Assembly: GCA_002269645.1 (NCBI GenBank)
Contig: NIVC01003776.1
Span: 1-64,000 of the forward strand
DNA from: Macrostomum lignano
Lineage: Eukaryota
DNA length: 64,000 nucleotides
Direction: 5' to 3'
Below, in pieces: positions 60,170 through 64,000 of the stretch (position 1 is the stretch's first letter; each line of letters opens with the position of its first letter). Both the position numbers and the translations under genes were made by a program. The notes below the pieces were generated by a model. The model had not been told where the DNA came from, did no database searches, and was given only the letters and a program-made list of their open reading frames with translations.

Positions 60170-63100
60170 GAGATCACACAGAAATCACTCACAGAGATCA
60201 CACACAGAGATCACACAGAGATCACACATAGATATCACACAGAGATCACACAGAGATCACACATAGATATCACACAGAGATCACACAGAGATCACACACA
60301 GAGATCACACAGAGATCACACAGAGATCAAACAGCGAGATAACACACAGAGATCACACACAGAAATCCCACACAGAGATCACACACAGATCACACAGAGA
60401 TCACACACAGAGATCACACACAGAGATCACACACAAAGACCACACACAGAGATCACACACAGAGATCACAGACAGAGATCACACACAGAGATCACACACA
60501 GAGATCACACACAGAGATCACACAGAGATCACACACAGAGATCACACACAGAGATCACACAGAGATCACACAGAGATCACACAAAGAGATCACGCACAGA
60601 GATCACACACAGAGATCACACACAGAGATCACACACAGAGATCACACACAGAGATCACACACAGAGATCACACACAGAGATCACACACAGAGATCACAGA
60701 CAGAGATCACACACAGAGATCACACACAGAGATCACACACAGAGATCACACACCGAGATCACACAGAGATCACACAGAGATCACACAGAGAGATCACGCA
60801 CAGAGATCACACACAGAGATCACACACAGAGATCACACACAGAGATCACACACAGAGATCACACACAGAGATCACACACAGAGATCACACACAGAGATCA
60901 CACACCGAGATCACACACAGAGAACACACACAGAGATCACACACAGATATCACACAGAGATCACACAGAGATCACACATAGATATCACACAGAGATCACA
61001 CAGAGATCACACATAGATATCACACAGAGATCACACAGAGATCACACACAGAGATCACACAGAGATCACACAGAGATCAAACAGCGAGATAACACACAGA
61101 GATCACACACAGAAATCACACAGAGATCACACTCAGATCACACAGAGATCACACACAGAGATCACACACAGAGATCACACACAGAGATCACACACAGAGA
61201 TCACACACAGAGATCACAGACAGAGATCACACACAGAGATCACACACAGAGATCACACAGAGATCACACACAGAGATCACACACAGAGATCACACAGAGA
61301 TCACACAGAGATCACACAGAGATCACACAGAGAGATCACGCACAGAGATCACACACAGAGATCACACACAGAGATCACACACAGAGATCACACACAGAGA
61401 TCACACACAGAGATCACACACAGAGATCACACACAGAGATCACACACAGAGATCACACACAGAGATCACACACAGAGATCACACACAGAGATCACACAGA
61501 GATCACACAGAGATCACACAGAGATCACACAGAGATCACACAGAGATCACACACAGAGATCACACACAGAGATCACACACAGAGATCACACACAGAGATC
61601 ACACACAGAGATCACACACAGAGATCACACACAGAGATCACACAGAGATCAACACAGAGAACACACACAGAGATCACACACAGATATCACACAGAGATCA
61701 CACAGAGATCACACATAGATATCACACAGAGATCACACAGAGATCACACATAGATATCACACAGAGATCACACAGAGATCACACACAGAGATCACACAGA
61801 GATCACACAGAGATCACACACAGAGATCACACACAGAGATCACACACAAAGACCACACACAGAGATCACACTCAGATCACACAGAGATCACACACAGAGA
61901 TCACACACAGAGATCACACACAGACACACACAGAGATCACACACAGAGATCACACACAGAGATCACACACAGAGATCACACACAGAGATCACAGACAGAG
62001 ATCACACACAGAGATCACACACAGAGATCACACACAGAGATCACACACCGAGATCACACACAGAGAACACACACAGAGATCACACACAGATATCACACAG
62101 AGATCACACAGAGATCACACATAGATATCACACAGAGATCACACAGAGATCACACATAGATATCACACAGAGATCACACAGAGATCACACACAGAGATCA
62201 CACAGAGATCACACAGAGATCAAACAGCGAGATAACACACAGAGATCACACACAGAGATCACACACAGAGATCACACTCAGATCACACAGAGATCACACA
62301 CAGAGATCACACACAGAGATCACACACAAAGACCACACACAGAGATCACACACAGAGATCACACACAGAGATCACACACAGAGATCACACACAGAGATCA
62401 CACAGAGATCACACACAGAGATCACACACAGAGATCACACAGAGATCACACAGAGATCACACAGAGAGATCACGCACAGAGATCACACACAGAGATCACA
62501 CACAAAGATCACACACAGAGATCACACACAGAGATCACACACAGAGATCACACACAGAGATCACACACAGAGATCACAGACAGAGATCACACACAGAGAT
62601 CACACACAGAGATCACACACAGAGATCACACACCGAGATCACACAGAGATCACACAGAGATCACACAGAGAGATCACGCACAGAGATCACACACAGAGAT
62701 CACACACAGAGATCACACACAGAGATCACACACAGAGATCACACACAGAGATCACACACAGAGATCACACACCGAGATCACACACCGAGATCACACACAG
62801 AGAACACACACAGAGATCACACACAGATATCACACAGAGATCACACAGAGATCACACATAGATATCACACAGAGATCACACAGAGATCACACATAGATAT
62901 CACACAGAGATCACACAGAGATCACACACAGAGATCACACAGAGATCACACAGAGATCACACACAGAGATCACACACAGAGATCACACACAGAAATCACA
63001 CAGAGATCACACAGAGATCACACACAGATCACACAGAGATCACACAGAGATCACACTCAGATCACACAGAGATCACACACAGAGATCACACACAGAGATC

Positions 63101-64000
63101 ACACACACACAGAGATCACAGAGATCACACACAGAGATCACACACAGAGATCACACACAGAGATCACACACAGAGATCACACAGAGATCACACACAGAGA
63201 TCACACACAGAGATCACACACAGAGATTACACACAGAGATCACACACAGAGATCACACACAGAATCCACACAGAGATCACACACAGAGATCACACACAGA
63301 GATCACACACAGAGATCACACACAGAGATCACACAGAGATCACACACAGAGATCACACACAGAGATCACACACAGAGATCACACACAGAGATCACACACA
63401 GAGATCACACACAGAGATCACACAGAGATCACACACAGAGATCACACAGAGATCACACAGAGATCACACAGAGATCACACACAGAGATCCCACACAGAGA
63501 TCACACACAGAGATCACACACAGAGATCACACAGAGATCACACAGAGAGATCACGCACAGAGATCACACACAGAGATCACACACAGAGATCATACACAGA
63601 GATCACACAGAGATCACACACAGAGATCACACACAGAGATCACACAGAGATCACACACAGAGATCACACACAGAGATCACACACAGACACACGAGATCAC
63701 AGAGATCACACACAGAGATCACACACAGAGATCACACACAGAGATCACACACAGAGATCACAGAGATCACACACAGAGATCACACACAGAGATCACACAC
63801 AGAGATCACACACAGAGATCACACACAGAGATCACACACAGAGATCACACACAGAGATCACACACAGAGATCACACACAGAGATCACACACAGAGATCAC
63901 ACACAGAGATCACACACAGAGATCACACACAGAGATCACACACAGAGATCACAGAGATCACACACAGAGATCACACACAGAGATCACACACAGAGATCAC
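60170..64000. repeat. 11/13-bp satellite, >3.8 kb, continues past the window end
   Basis: GAGATCACACA(CA) units with recurring variant blocks. Confidence 0.97.

Overview
Eukaryotic (metazoan) genomic DNA with spliceosomal introns; no prokaryotic features and no CRISPR array. I reconstructed five intron-containing genes by hand from splice sites and reading-frame phase: (1) Raptor/RPTOR on - (8 exons, 2141-12405, 1520 aa); (2) an N4BP2-like P-loop kinase/CUE/Smr endonuclease on - (5 exons, 14530-18643, 755 aa); (3) an M17 leucyl-aminopeptidase-family gene on + (6 exons, 23950-30609); (4) a secreted protein with six WSC domains built from symmetric phase-1 exons on + (34853 to about 45200); (5) a 5'-incomplete EGF-like + ZP-domain single-pass membrane protein on - (48129 to at least 59730). 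Most introns longer than about 300 bp carry their own minisatellite, and most long ORFs in the supplied track are translations of those repeats. Mobile DNA includes several non-autonomous hAT-type elements, a long-TIR MITE and two tRNA-derived SINE families. A >3.8 kb satellite runs off the right end. The most unusual observation is a hAT (Buster/Charlie-like) family whose two copies each carry a 64-65 bp piece of 28S rRNA (helix 69-71, the R2/I-PpoI/Pokey target region) and bracket the N4BP2-like gene. Several single-base indels in homopolymers break otherwise intact exons and may be assembly errors. The genome style (CAG-rich exons, minisatellite-filled introns) reminds me of free-living flatworms such as Macrostomum, but that is inference only.
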